Shown here piece after piece: positions 7,160 to 16,515 of a stretch of 32,422 nucleotides of DNA. The notes beneath the pieces were generated by a model. The model was not told the DNA's origin. It was given only the letters and a program-made list of their open reading frames with translations, and ran no database searches. Numbering within the stretch: the first letter of the stretch is position 1; each line of letters starts with the position of its first letter. The position numbers and the translations under genes were made by a program. The DNA comes from a virus, in the IMG/VR virus record IMGVR_UViG_2925639251_000002. The stretch is one strand, 5' to 3'.

Positions 7160-7315
7160 GGAATTGAACCAGGTGAAATCAAAAAACGCATCAGAAGTAT
7201 TCAGTAGAGCAAAGCCCAATATAAGAAGGCTGAGCGCCTTCTGATGGAGTATTTCAATTAAAGGCTGCTTATGCATCCGTTAATCGTGCAGACAATTAAA
7301 AAGTTGAACCAATAA
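7160..7315 (+). pseudogene. 5'-truncated remnant of a small phage gene upstream of HNH
   Basis: One frame reads GIEPGEIKKRIRSIQ*SKAQYKKAERLLMEYFN*RLLMHPLIVQTIKKLNQ*; the internal TAG and TAA are each one transition from a Gln codon. Confidence 0.5.
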
Positions 7316-7342
7316 TCAATTGACATTAAAGGAGGATCAGAA

Positions 7343-7708
7343 ATGCCGTCTAAGTCCTTAAGAATATGCGCCGCCCCTGGGTGCCCCAGCCTCACCCGTG
7401 GTCGGTACTGTGATGTACACAAGACCCAGCAACAAGAAGAAACAAAACATTACAACAAACATTCAAGAAACAAAACAATAACAAGTTTTTATAAATCAAC
7501 ACATTGGAAACGAACAAGACAACTTGCTTTGATCAGAGACAATTATCTCTGTCAGCATTGTTTAAAAGATCATTGCTTCACTCCGGCTGACATGGTGCAT
7601 CATATTGTGGAAGTAAAGGAAGATTGGGTGAAAAGATTAGACTTGGACAACCTTGTCAGCCTGTGTAATGCCTGTCACAACAAGGTTCATGGTGGTAAGG
7701 GTAAGTGA
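7343..7708 (+). CDS. Packaging-associated HNH endonuclease (HK97 gp74-like)
   Basis: RDNYLCQHC...VHHIVE...LDNLVSLCNACHNKVH; AAAGGAGG RBS; directly upstream of terS. Confidence 0.92.
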   Translation: MPSKSLRICAAPGCPSLTRGRYCDVHKTQQQEETKHYNKHSRNKTITSFYKSTHWKRTRQLALIRDNYLCQHCLKDHCFTPADMVHHIVEVKEDWVKRLDLDNLVSLCNACHNKVHGGKGK

Positions 7709-7800
7709 CCCTCCCCCCTATCCAAATCTCTGGAAAGGAAACGTTTGGAGAACGGCGCCCCCTCTTCTGCAAACAAACACCGCTTTTCAAAGTTCCGGAA
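7709..7800. other. Probable cos packaging site region
   Basis: HNH-terS intergenic region with a C-rich tract and GGCGCCCCC; GCGCCCC (7755-7761) resembles the phi105 cohesive end GCGCTCC as I recall it. Confidence 0.55.
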
Positions 7801-7935
7801 AAACAAAATACCCTCCCGGCGAAAGTGCCGAGAGGGCTTGGTACGACTGGTTTTGTTGTTAATTCCATCGTATCACGATTGGTGAAAAAAACAAGCAAAA
7901 AATGCAATTTTTTTGATGTGAAATGAGGTGAGAAC

Positions 7936-8451
7936 ATGCCGAGGCCTGCAAAATCCGCGACGCTTCAATTGATACAGGGCAACCCAAATAAAAAGAATAC
8001 GGAAGAGCTGGCCGCCCGGGCTGAGCACGAGAAGAAAATGAAAATGCGATCCGATAATATAAAACCGCCAACGTGGTTGGATAAGGTCGGGAAAAAAGAA
8101 TTCAAACGGGTTGCTGCTCTATTAACAGAAGTTGAAATCATCACGGAAGCGGACATCAGTATGTTGGCTGCCTATTGTAATGCCTATTCGCAGTATGTAT
8201 CAATTTCTAAAATTATTGAAGAAGACGGGATCATGGTCCATACGGAAGGAAAAGACGAAGACGGCAACCCAATAAAGCTTGTTGGTGAAGAGCATCCGTT
8301 ATTAAAGCGGCAAAAGAATTATTTTGATCAAATGAAATCAGCAGCAAATGACTTTGGCCTTACACCGTCTGCTCGTGCAAAACTTGCTATCACCCGTACC
8401 CAGGAAGAGCGGGAAAAGACGGCTGCGGAGAAGGAGTTTAAAAACGTATGA
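7936..8451 (+). CDS. terS: Terminase small subunit, P27 family
   Basis: MPRPAKS..L..GNP, PPTWL, LAAYC.AY, HPLL, FGLTPSARAKL. Confidence 0.95.
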   Translation: MPRPAKSATLQLIQGNPNKKNTEELAARAEHEKKMKMRSDNIKPPTWLDKVGKKEFKRVAALLTEVEIITEADISMLAAYCNAYSQYVSISKIIEEDGIMVHTEGKDEDGNPIKLVGEEHPLLKRQKNYFDQMKSAANDFGLTPSARAKLAITRTQEEREKTAAEKEFKNV

Positions 8452-10157
8452 AGACAATCAAACAATTTCTCATTGATTACTCGCGCGAAGTGATATCGGG
8501 TGAGATTGTGGCGTGTGAAAAACACATTTGGGCCTGTGAGCGTTTTTTAAATGATGTGAGTCGGGAAGGCACAAGGGAGTTTCCTTATGTGTTTGATGAT
8601 GAAAAAGCCCGCCGGTTCCTATACTGGATGACCCAATTTAAACATACGAAAGGCCCTTTGCAGGGTGAAAACATTGTGCCTGAGCCTATTCAAATATTCA
8701 TCTTTGGCAATGTGTACGGATGGGTGCATAAGGATACCGGCTATCGCCGATTTAAAAAAGTCTATTGGCAGGTCGGCCGTAAAAACACCAAAACGCAGAG
8801 CCTGGCTTGTGTCGGTTCCTATGAGGCAATGGCTAACGATGAATATATGTCCGAGGTTTACATTGGCGCCACAAAAACAGAACAAGCAAAAATATGTTGG
8901 AACGAAATTAAGGCACAGATTATGCAAGCTGACCTTTTGAACAAGCCGGAGAAAAAATATCGGATTGCATATGGAAAAATTGAACACCCTAAAACACAGT
9001 CTAAAATTGAGGCGCTTTCTAAAGATGCCGGAAAAACTGGCGATGGTTTTAACCCGCAATGCGGCATTATCGACGAATACCATGCGCATAAAACCTCAGA
9101 AATTTATGATGTCCTGGCTTCCGGTATGGCTGCCCGGGCTCAACCATTGATGTTGATTATTACTACGGCCGGATTTGAATTGAATAATCCTGCTTATCGT
9201 GTTGAATATGATTACGTGTCTCGCATATTGGACCCGAATAAGGTGGAACAAAATGAACAGTATTTTGTGATGATCAATGAGCTTGATAAAGGTGATGACG
9301 TCAAAGATGAAAAGAACTGGATTAAAGCTAACCCGATTGTCGCTGCCAATGAGCATGGATTGAATTATTTGCGCGGAGAGTTGGAGGTCGCGCTTGCCGT
9401 CCCGGAGAAAATGCGAAATTTCATGACAAAGAACATGAATATCTGGGTTAACATGCGGGAGAACGGCTATATGGATATGCAAGCCTGGACAGATTGCGGT
9501 TCTGATAAAATTCCGGATTTGAAAAACCGAGAGTGCTATGTCGGCATTGACTTATCAAAAACGATTGATTTAACGGCAGCATCTTTTATTTTTCCGTTAG
9601 ATAATGGTAGTTTTGCTGTAGAAAGTCACGGATTTATACCGGAGGATACATTCCATGAAAGAATGAAGACAGATAACGTCCCATATGACTTGTGGAAGAA
9701 AAAGGGATGGTTAACGACAACAGATGGTGCCGTTGTTGATTATGACTATATCAGGGCATACATTAAGAAAATGGAGAAAGAAAATGGCTGGCGTATCAAG
9801 GAAATAGGCTATGATCCATATAACGCCACACAGTTTGCTCAGCAAATGGAAGCGGATGGATACACAATGGTTGAAATACGGCAGGGCGTTGCGACGTTGT
9901 CCGAACCAACAAAAGATTTTAGAGCTAAAGTCAAAGCGAAAAAAATCATTCATCCTAAAAATGATCTGTTAACATGGGCGATGGGTAATGCAGTAACAAA
10001 AGTAGACGCCCAGGAGAATATCATGCTTGATAAATCCAAATCAACTCAGCGTATTGATCCGGCAGCAGCTTTAATTAATGCGTATGTGCGCGCTTCTCAG
10101 ATTAATAATGAAGTTGATTTAAATGCTTATATTCAGTCAGCTTCTTTCTCTTTCTAA
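8448..10157 (+). CDS. terL: Terminase large subunit
   Basis: Walker A variant VGRKNTKT, Walker B GIIDEYH, ITTAG, nuclease motifs GIDLS and RIDPAAA. Confidence 0.96.
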   Translation: MKTIKQFLIDYSREVISGEIVACEKHIWACERFLNDVSREGTREFPYVFDDEKARRFLYWMTQFKHTKGPLQGENIVPEPIQIFIFGNVYGWVHKDTGYRRFKKVYWQVGRKNTKTQSLACVGSYEAMANDEYMSEVYIGATKTEQAKICWNEIKAQIMQADLLNKPEKKYRIAYGKIEHPKTQSKIEALSKDAGKTGDGFNPQCGIIDEYHAHKTSEIYDVLASGMAARAQPLMLIITTAGFELNNPAYRVEYDYVSRILDPNKVEQNEQYFVMINELDKGDDVKDEKNWIKANPIVAANEHGLNYLRGELEVALAVPEKMRNFMTKNMNIWVNMRENGYMDMQAWTDCGSDKIPDLKNRECYVGIDLSKTIDLTAASFIFPLDNGSFAVESHGFIPEDTFHERMKTDNVPYDLWKKKGWLTTTDGAVVDYDYIRAYIKKMEKENGWRIKEIGYDPYNATQFAQQMEADGYTMVEIRQGVATLSEPTKDFRAKVKAKKIIHPKNDLLTWAMGNAVTKVDAQENIMLDKSKSTQRIDPAAALINAYVRASQINNEVDLNAYIQSASFSF

Positions 10158-10170
10158 AGGTGGTGTAAGA

Positions 10171-10341
10171 GTGAAGAAAATATTGAAGGGCTTTCTACTC
10201 TTTTTGAATGATTTTCTATTTATCATTGGAGCTGCTTTTGTTCTGACTGCTGCATATCGTTTGAACGCAAACATCGGTCTTATTCTGACGGGTGTCTTTT
10301 TTATGTTTTATGCTGCGCTTTTAAGCAAGAAAAGGGGGTGA
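10171..10341 (+). CDS. Small 2-TM phage membrane protein between terL and portal
   Basis: GTG 10171 follows AAGGTGG; two hydrophobic helices. Confidence 0.75.
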   Translation: MKKILKGFLLFLNDFLFIIGAAFVLTAAYRLNANIGLILTGVFFMFYAALLSKKRG

Positions 10342-10345
10342 TTAA

Positions 10346-11626
10346 TTGTTTTTAGAAGGATTGTTTTCAAAAAGATCAAACGAATCTGCCCCCTGGAACC
10401 TTGCTGATCCACCTGAGTGGATAGTTGATATGTTTGGCGGTTCCAAAACGGCAAGCGGCGAGCGTGTAAGTGAAGCTACTGCACTGGTTCATCCTGATGT
10501 GTTTTCCTGTGTGAATGTCTTATCCGATGATATTGCTAAACTTTCGATTCATACATTCCAGAAGGTTAATGGAAATATCAAAAGTGGGATGCATCATCCC
10601 ATCGCTTCATTACTTTATCTTAAACCGAATCAATATATGACAGCTTTCACTTGGAAGAAGCTCATGATGACTCATGTTTGTACCTGGGGCAATGGATATT
10701 CGTATTTAAAGCCTGATAATAATGGTTTTATTACTGATTTGCTACCGTTAAATCCGGCCCATACTCAACCCTATGTGGACCCGAATACAGGAATTTTGTG
10801 GTATGAAACCATCATTAATTCAAAAAGAGTGGAATTATATGCTGACGAGGTTTTGCATTTCAAAGGTATGACTGAGGACGGGATTAACGGTAAAAGTCCA
10901 ATAGGCGTTATAAGAGAGCAAGTCGGGGCTCAATCAGCTGCTACAAAATTTAACGCAAAGTTGTATAAGAATGATGCGACTCCCAGGGGTATTCTGAAAG
11001 TGCCCACCTTGTTAGAGGAAGGCGCGAAGGACCGAGCAAGGAGAGAATGGGACAGGGTAAATGCAGGGAGAAACATTGCCATTATTGATGCCGGGCTTGA
11101 TTATCAATCAATTTCAATGCCTTTGCAAGAGGCACAATTTGTAGAATCAATGAAATTTAATAAGGCTCAGATTGCTTCCATTTTTAAAGTCCCTTTGCAT
11201 AAGATCAATGAGCTCGATCGGGCGACGTTTAGCAATATCGAACACCAATCTATTGAATATGTAAAAAATACACTTCAGCCGTGGTTAGTATCATTTGAAC
11301 AAGAGTTCATTACTAAGCTGTTTACCGATGATGATATTAAAAAGGGGTACTATACCAAATTTAATGTTAATAGCGAATTACGCGGTGATGCAAAATCAAG
11401 GGCTGAGTATTACGAAATTATGGAACGCATCAGCGGTTTGAATATTAATGAAATCCGAGCATTAGAAGAGAGAAATGCCATAGAAAATGGAGACCGTCAT
11501 CTTGTTTCTCTAAATTACACGTTTTTAGATACGCTTGAGCAATATCAAATGAGTAAAGCAAAATCAGTTAAAGGGGGTGAAAACCAAAGTGAACAAGGAA
11601 GTACGTCATCTGACAACGAAAATTGA
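10346..11626 (+). CDS. HK97-family portal protein
   Basis: VFSCVNVLSDDIAKL, LLYLKPNQYMT, VLHFKG..DGI.GKSP, IASIFKVP, NEIRALE. Confidence 0.95.
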   Translation: MFLEGLFSKRSNESAPWNLADPPEWIVDMFGGSKTASGERVSEATALVHPDVFSCVNVLSDDIAKLSIHTFQKVNGNIKSGMHHPIASLLYLKPNQYMTAFTWKKLMMTHVCTWGNGYSYLKPDNNGFITDLLPLNPAHTQPYVDPNTGILWYETIINSKRVELYADEVLHFKGMTEDGINGKSPIGVIREQVGAQSAATKFNAKLYKNDATPRGILKVPTLLEEGAKDRARREWDRVNAGRNIAIIDAGLDYQSISMPLQEAQFVESMKFNKAQIASIFKVPLHKINELDRATFSNIEHQSIEYVKNTLQPWLVSFEQEFITKLFTDDDIKKGYYTKFNVNSELRGDAKSRAEYYEIMERISGLNINEIRALEERNAIENGDRHLVSLNYTFLDTLEQYQMSKAKSVKGGENQSEQGSTSSDNEN

Positions 11627-12215
11627 GTTGCGTTCTGCCGGTGAAGGCGAAGAGAAAAAGCATTTTATTGAGGGATACGCTTTGAAATTTGAAAAATGGT
11701 CCGAGCCGTTGGGAGGATGGTTTAAAGAAATCATCAGCCGGAATGCCCTGGATTCTACAGACCTTTCTAACGTAGTCGCGCTTTTTAATCATCGTCAGGA
11801 TTATCCCTTAGCGAGAAATACCGTTTCTGAGGGCGTAGGGAGGCTTGAGCTAGAAACAGATGCAATAGGTCTCAAATTCCGTTTTATCCCTACAGACACG
11901 TCGTATGCGAAGGATTTAATGGTGAATGTGAGAAGCGGAGTCGTTAATCAGTGTTCTTTTGCTTTTTCTTTGGATCACAGAAATGGAGAGCCGGATGAGT
12001 GGCAGCATAATGATGAAGAAGGAGTTTATGAACGGCGAATCAATGCTATAGATAGAATCTTTGATATATCGCTGGTCACAACACCTGCATATAGCGATAC
12101 GGAGGCCGTTGTTAGTGAACGAAGCCTGGCTAAAGTGGAGCAGTTAAAAGAAATGCGTGCTGCCCCAATTGAAAAATTAAAAATGGAGCTTGAACTTTTA
12201 GACCTGACAATTTAG
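11589..12215 (+). CDS. HK97-family prohead protease
   Basis: IEGYALKF, LFNH, CSFAF, DISLVTTPAY; GTG 11589 follows GGGGGTGA. Confidence 0.93.
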   Translation: MNKEVRHLTTKIELRSAGEGEEKKHFIEGYALKFEKWSEPLGGWFKEIISRNALDSTDLSNVVALFNHRQDYPLARNTVSEGVGRLELETDAIGLKFRFIPTDTSYAKDLMVNVRSGVVNQCSFAFSLDHRNGEPDEWQHNDEEGVYERRINAIDRIFDISLVTTPAYSDTEAVVSERSLAKVEQLKEMRAAPIEKLKMELELLDLTI

Positions 12216-12226
12216 GTCTATTTTTT
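12199..12226 (+). terminator. Terminator-like hairpin between the protease and capsid genes
   Basis: TAGACCTGA-CAAT-TTAGGTCTA-TTTTTT. Confidence 0.6.
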
Positions 12227-12253
12227 ATGTCCAAATTCAAGGAGGAAATACGA

Positions 12254-13549
12254 ATGACAGTTGCTATGACGAAAAAAGAACGTGAATTGAGACAAAAATT
12301 CACACAGAAAAAACAAGAGGCATCCAATCTTTTAAATGAAGGGAAGTCCGAAGAAGCCCGCAGCATGCTTGATGAAGCCAAGGCGCTACAAAAACAAATC
12401 GAGCTTATGTCAGAAGAGCGTGGCTTGGAACTGCCGGCATTGGGTGAAGAACGAAACTTTGTACCAGAATTCGAACGAAAGCCCGATGAAGAACCCGAAC
12501 AGCGCGATATTTTAACAGCTACAAAAGAGTACCGGGATGCTTGGTTTAAAGTGCTGACCGGACGTAGCCATGACCTTGGCGAAGAAGAAAGAAGCATGAT
12601 GCAGCGTGTCCTAAAAGAAAATCGCTCTTTGTCTGCTGGAAGTGATAAAGACGGCGGATATACTGTTCCGGACGATATTTCAAAAGAGATTTTAAAATCC
12701 ATCAAGGAATTAAACTCTGTTCGGAATCTGGTTCGCGTTGTGCCAAAAACTGCCCCATCAGGGAGTTATACAGTCCGAAAAGGTGTGGCTGGAAAACTCT
12801 ATAATACAGCCGAGAAAGAACAAATTAAAGAACTGAAAAACATGGAATTCGAACAAATCTGGTACAACGTCAAAAAGTTCGCCGGATTTATGCCTGTTTC
12901 TAGCGAGCTATTAAATGATTCATTTGTAAACTTTGTTCGTGAGATCGTGGACTGGCTCTCTGAATCTGCTGTAGTGACAGAAAATGATGAAGTCTTTTAT
13001 GGAAAAGGCGGCGAAACAAATGTTGAGGGGATTATCACTAGTGAAAAATATAAAACCCTTAAAGCGCCTTCTGTAATTACGATTAAATTTCTACGTAAGG
13101 TTAAAAACCAGATTAAACGCGGATATCGTAAAAATGCAAAGTGGGTTATGAATACTGAAGCGTTTGAAACCCTGGCAAACATTGAAGATAAAAACGGCAG
13201 AGGAATCTTAGCTCAAGATCCTAGAGACGAAGACAGCTTCCTTTTGTTCGGACGACCGGTTGAGGTTTATGACGAAATTGTAACTGACGACAAGACACAA
13301 AAGACTCATATTCTTTTCGGTGATTTTGAACGTGCTTATTTCATGTTTGACCGTGAAAAATTTGAAATTAAATCAACTGACGTGGGCGGAGACGCATTCC
13401 TCACTGACCAAACATATTTCCGAGGTATTGAGCGTTTCGACGGGAAAGTTGTTGATCCAGAAGCTGCCGTCATCGTTACTGACCTTGTTGTTGGAGAAGA
13501 GGCACAAGTGGAAACTCCATCGACTGAATCTGCGGACCTAGGTAAATAA
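12254..13549 (+). CDS. HK97-fold major capsid protein
   Basis: N-terminal delta domain, DGGYTVP, SSELLNDS, WVMN, LFGRPV, LFGDF, RFDGKV; AAGGAGG RBS favours ATG 12254. Confidence 0.95.
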   Translation: MTVAMTKKERELRQKFTQKKQEASNLLNEGKSEEARSMLDEAKALQKQIELMSEERGLELPALGEERNFVPEFERKPDEEPEQRDILTATKEYRDAWFKVLTGRSHDLGEEERSMMQRVLKENRSLSAGSDKDGGYTVPDDISKEILKSIKELNSVRNLVRVVPKTAPSGSYTVRKGVAGKLYNTAEKEQIKELKNMEFEQIWYNVKKFAGFMPVSSELLNDSFVNFVREIVDWLSESAVVTENDEVFYGKGGETNVEGIITSEKYKTLKAPSVITIKFLRKVKNQIKRGYRKNAKWVMNTEAFETLANIEDKNGRGILAQDPRDEDSFLLFGRPVEVYDEIVTDDKTQKTHILFGDFERAYFMFDREKFEIKSTDVGGDAFLTDQTYFRGIERFDGKVVDPEAAVIVTDLVVGEEAQVETPSTESADLGK

Positions 13550-13572
13550 AAAAACGAAAGGATTGATTTAAC

Positions 13573-14034
13573 ATGGCAGATTTTCTAAATGAAAGTAATG
13601 GAGCAAAAACATCAGCAAGAGACAATGGATCAGGGGAACCTATTACAGATGTCTCTATCGCGGACAACAGCGAGCAAAATCCTCTCTATGTTAAAGGCCT
13701 TCAAGGTGATCCCGGCCCTCAAGGTCCTAAGGGGGATACCGGTCCGCAGGGACCAAAGGGAGATAAAGGAGACACTGGTCCTCAAGGTCCAAAAGGAGAT
13801 GCTGGCCCACAAGGTGAGCCTGGTCCCCAAGGCCCAAAGGGTGACAAGGGTGATCCAGCTGTTATCGGCGAAAAATCTATTGTACATGAAATGCTGGGAG
13901 AAAAATCAGTCCGCAGCATTAACATTGGAACGGGCAGCGTTATGATGGACCACTTAAATAGTGAAGTGAAAAACGTATTAGATGGGCTTCAAAAACAAAT
14001 TGATGAGCTGAAACCTTCAACTTCTGCCGAATGA
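13573..14034 (+). CDS. Collagen-like virion (head fibre/decoration) protein
   Basis: 18 Gly-X-Y triplets and a C-terminal coiled coil; directly follows the capsid gene. Confidence 0.85.
   Translation: MADFLNESNGAKTSARDNGSGEPITDVSIADNSEQNPLYVKGLQGDPGPQGPKGDTGPQGPKGDKGDTGPQGPKGDAGPQGEPGPQGPKGDKGDPAVIGEKSIVHEMLGEKSVRSINIGTGSVMMDHLNSEVKNVLDGLQKQIDELKPSTSAE
13696..13857 (+). repeat. Collagen Gly-X-Y coding repeat (GPQGPKGD units)
   Basis: 18 consecutive triplets from GLQ to GDP. Confidence 0.95.
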
Positions 14035-14051
14035 AGGACAGGTGATGTCGA

Positions 14052-14354
14052 ATGACAGAAGAAGAAAAAGTTGAATTAGAGAAGGCAAAAAAGTTCCTCC
14101 GGGTTGATGGTGATCTGGAGGATGATTTGATTTTAGACTTTATTGCATCGGCAAAAGAATACATCACTTCTGCTACGGGGCTTACATTCCCGAATAAATC
14201 AGCCAGGGCAGCAATGTGTGTGAAAGCCTTCGTTACTCATTGGTATGAAAACAGAGAAATTGCTGGCACAACTTCGAACCTGGATGGCGTACTGACTAGT
14301 ATGATAAATCAACTGAAATATACATTGCCGGAGGCTCAGTCTGATGCTGAATGA
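14052..14354 (+). CDS. Head-tail connector (HK97 gp6-like)
   Basis: AKKFLRVD..EDDLI..I.SA.EYI, HWYENR. Confidence 0.92.
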   Translation: MTEEEKVELEKAKKFLRVDGDLEDDLILDFIASAKEYITSATGLTFPNKSARAAMCVKAFVTHWYENREIAGTTSNLDGVLTSMINQLKYTLPEAQSDAE

Positions 14355-14658
14355 TATGAGATACCGGATTCAATTTCAGAAAAAGAAGCCTACTGGCCGC
14401 CTGCCTGTGGATGGAAAGGACAGCTGGCAAACGGTAATTGAATGCTGGGCTAAAGCTGAAGGTTTAAAAGGCCGAGAATATTATGCTGCGGCTGCGATCC
14501 AGAAGGAAAAGACAGTGGAATTTACAATTCGACATCGCGAAGACATAGACGAACATATGCGAATCATCTTTCGTGAAAAAGCTTATGAAATCGAGTCGAT
14601 CTTGCCTAACTATTCTCGCCGGCATTTCATTACAATTAAAGCAAATGTGGTGAGCTGA
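14344..14658 (+). CDS. Head closure / head-tail adaptor
   Basis: MRYRIQFQ, CWAK...GREY, FTIRH, MRIIF...YEIESI. Confidence 0.9.
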   Translation: MLNDMRYRIQFQKKKPTGRLPVDGKDSWQTVIECWAKAEGLKGREYYAAAAIQKEKTVEFTIRHREDIDEHMRIIFREKAYEIESILPNYSRRHFITIKANVVS

Positions 14659-15056
14659 TGAATTTTGAGCTGGAATTAAAGGGTTTTAAAGAACTAGAAT
14701 CTACATTCGCAGACTTAGCCCGTAAGGACGAAAAAATCCATAAAGCAACTGTAAAAGCAGGCGGTGCTGTATTGGCGGAAGTAATCAATGATAATGCTCC
14801 GCGGTCAGCTATTGGGGGGAGGCACCCTCACATAGACGAGGACATTATTGTTGGAAACAGGATAAAGCGAGATGAAGACGGAGAAATATATGCGGTTGTC
14901 GGCCCAACAAAGGACACTAAATTCCGTGTTCACTTGCCGGAGTTTGGGACCATTCATCAGGCAGCAAATCCTTTTATTCGAAACAGTATGATTCAGGCGA
15001 ATGATAAGATGCTTGATGCTATGGAAAAGGTCATAAAGGCGGGGTATAAGCTATGA
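14658..15056 (+). CDS. HK97 gp10-family tail completion protein
   Basis: LKGFKEL, EFGTIHQAANPFIR. Confidence 0.9.
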   Translation: MNFELELKGFKELESTFADLARKDEKIHKATVKAGGAVLAEVINDNAPRSAIGGRHPHIDEDIIVGNRIKRDEDGEIYAVVGPTKDTKFRVHLPEFGTIHQAANPFIRNSMIQANDKMLDAMEKVIKAGYKL

Positions 15057-15445
15057 GTCTTTTAAACCTCATCGAAAGATCAATGCAATTAAAGGACAAG
15101 GTATTTGAAGCGCTGGAAACTAATCCGGCGCTTTTATCGTTGGTAGAGCCTGCAAATATTTATGAGCTGGCTGTGCCAGAAGGAGTAGAAAGTAATCCGC
15201 CTTATATTGTGGTTCAGGAGATAGACTACAGAACAACTAAATGGGCTGATGGGAAGCCGATACAAGACAGCGCTGTTTATCAGATTGATGTGTATCACAA
15301 TAGTTCATGTGATCCTATTTTTGTCCCTATTGTGGACGTAATGGGCAGGATGGACTTTCAGACAACTTTCCCCATCAATGAATTTTTACAAAAAGAACGT
15401 CTTATCCGAAAAGGATATCGGTTCGAAGCGAACATTTTACTATAA
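15053..15445 (+). CDS. Tail terminator/completion protein (DUF3168-like)
   Basis: PPYIV, YQIDVY; positioned before the major tail gene. Confidence 0.8.
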   Translation: MSLLNLIERSMQLKDKVFEALETNPALLSLVEPANIYELAVPEGVESNPPYIVVQEIDYRTTKWADGKPIQDSAVYQIDVYHNSSCDPIFVPIVDVMGRMDFQTTFPINEFLQKERLIRKGYRFEANILL

Positions 15446-15459
15446 TTGGAGGTTTTAAG

Positions 15460-16071
15460 ATGCCTGAATACAGTTCAGTGACAGGTTTGAAGAATGTGAA
15501 ATTTGCGCCTTTAAAAAAGGCGGGTAAATTTTTTGTTCCTACAGAAATTCTTGACTATGAATTTGCAATCAATATGAAAGTTGAAACAGAAACATCCACA
15601 GAAAAACAATATGCGGATGACAAACTTGTCGATCTTGCAGTTTCAACTGGTTCAACTAAATTAGACATTGAAATGCGGGATCTGCCAATGGAGATTCTCT
15701 CTAAATTACTTGGAATTGAACAAGATGAAAACGGATTGTACTTGTTTAAGAAAAATATCATTCCTCCTTGGGTTGCGATGACGTTTCAAGGACCTAAAGC
15801 AAACGGCAAGTCTCGTCATGTGGGCTTGGTAAAAGGGAGATTCTCTTTGCCGGGCGATGAATGGAAAACAAAACAAGATAAAACGGATTTCCAAACGATC
15901 AAACTTTCAGCCGAATTCGTAGATAGAGAGCAGGACGATGTGTTCAAAATCGTTGCGGATGAAGATGGAGAAAAATTCGATATAGATCACTTTTATAAGG
16001 CAGTTTTTGGGGACGCCTATCAAAATAAACAAGACACAGAAGAAAATGTAAGTGCTGATCTTGGGAAATAA
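15460..16071 (+). CDS. Major tail (tube) protein, phi13-like family
   Basis: GLKNVKFA, YADD, LLG, PPWVA, LVKGRF. Confidence 0.92.
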   Translation: MPEYSSVTGLKNVKFAPLKKAGKFFVPTEILDYEFAINMKVETETSTEKQYADDKLVDLAVSTGSTKLDIEMRDLPMEILSKLLGIEQDENGLYLFKKNIIPPWVAMTFQGPKANGKSRHVGLVKGRFSLPGDEWKTKQDKTDFQTIKLSAEFVDREQDDVFKIVADEDGEKFDIDHFYKAVFGDAYQNKQDTEENVSADLGK

Positions 16072-16072
16072 A

Positions 16073-16102
16073 AGGGGGAAGCTGAAAAGCTTCTCTTTAT
16101 TT
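16073..16102 (+). terminator. Hairpin with a GAAA loop after the major tail gene
   Basis: AGGGGGAAGCT-GAAA-AGCTTCTCTTT-ATTT. Confidence 0.65.
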
Positions 16103-16137
16103 AGTTAAAATCTATTTAACCAAAAGGAGGAGTCATT

Positions 16138-16515
16138 ATGGCTCAGAAACATATTTCTATCAAATTGTGGTTTGAAGACGAAAAAAAGTTTAAAACTTTT
16201 ATTGCACCGCGAACAAATACAAAGACACTTCTTGAAGCGCTGAGATTAAATGCTGAAGCGGAAAAAACATCAGATAATCTTGAAAAGAGCATCAAAACAT
16301 TAGAGAAACAAATCCAGTTTATTGTGAAAATATTCAGTGACCAGTTCACTTATGACGAGTTCACCGAAGGGCTACAATCATTTGAAGTGACAAAAGAAGT
16401 CAGCCGAATTCTCTCAGAGGTAGCTGGATACAAAGAAATTGAGGAAGTGGATCAAGATTTTTTGCAGGAGAAGACGGAGATGAATACACCTACGAAAGAG
16501 GAATCGAGCAAATAA
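16138..16515 (+). CDS. Tail assembly chaperone (gpG analogue)
   Basis: Between the major tail and tape measure genes; IVKIFSDQFTYDEF; AAGGAGGAG RBS. Confidence 0.88.
   Translation: MAQKHISIKLWFEDEKKFKTFIAPRTNTKTLLEALRLNAEAEKTSDNLEKSIKTLEKQIQFIVKIFSDQFTYDEFTEGLQSFEVTKEVSRILSEVAGYKEIEEVDQDFLQEKTEMNTPTKEESSK

Noticed and set aside
7653-7937. Short ORFs in the HNH-terS gap
   Set aside because: They have no RBS or protein-like features, and the region is better explained as the cos site.
8448-10157. Intron or intein in terL, or a defective Walker A
   Set aside because: The ORF is continuous and of normal length; GRKNTKT keeps the catalytic Lys and is treated as a variant.
13535-13575. Frameshift or readthrough fusion of the capsid to the collagen-like protein
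   Set aside because: The collagen frame has stops at 13543 (TAA) and 13564 (TGA) before its ATG, and simple readthrough is out of frame.
16060-16075. GGGAAAT as a slippery site extending the major tail protein
   Set aside because: The heptamer is not in the X XXY YYZ register of the reading frame, and no Ig-like downstream ORF follows.
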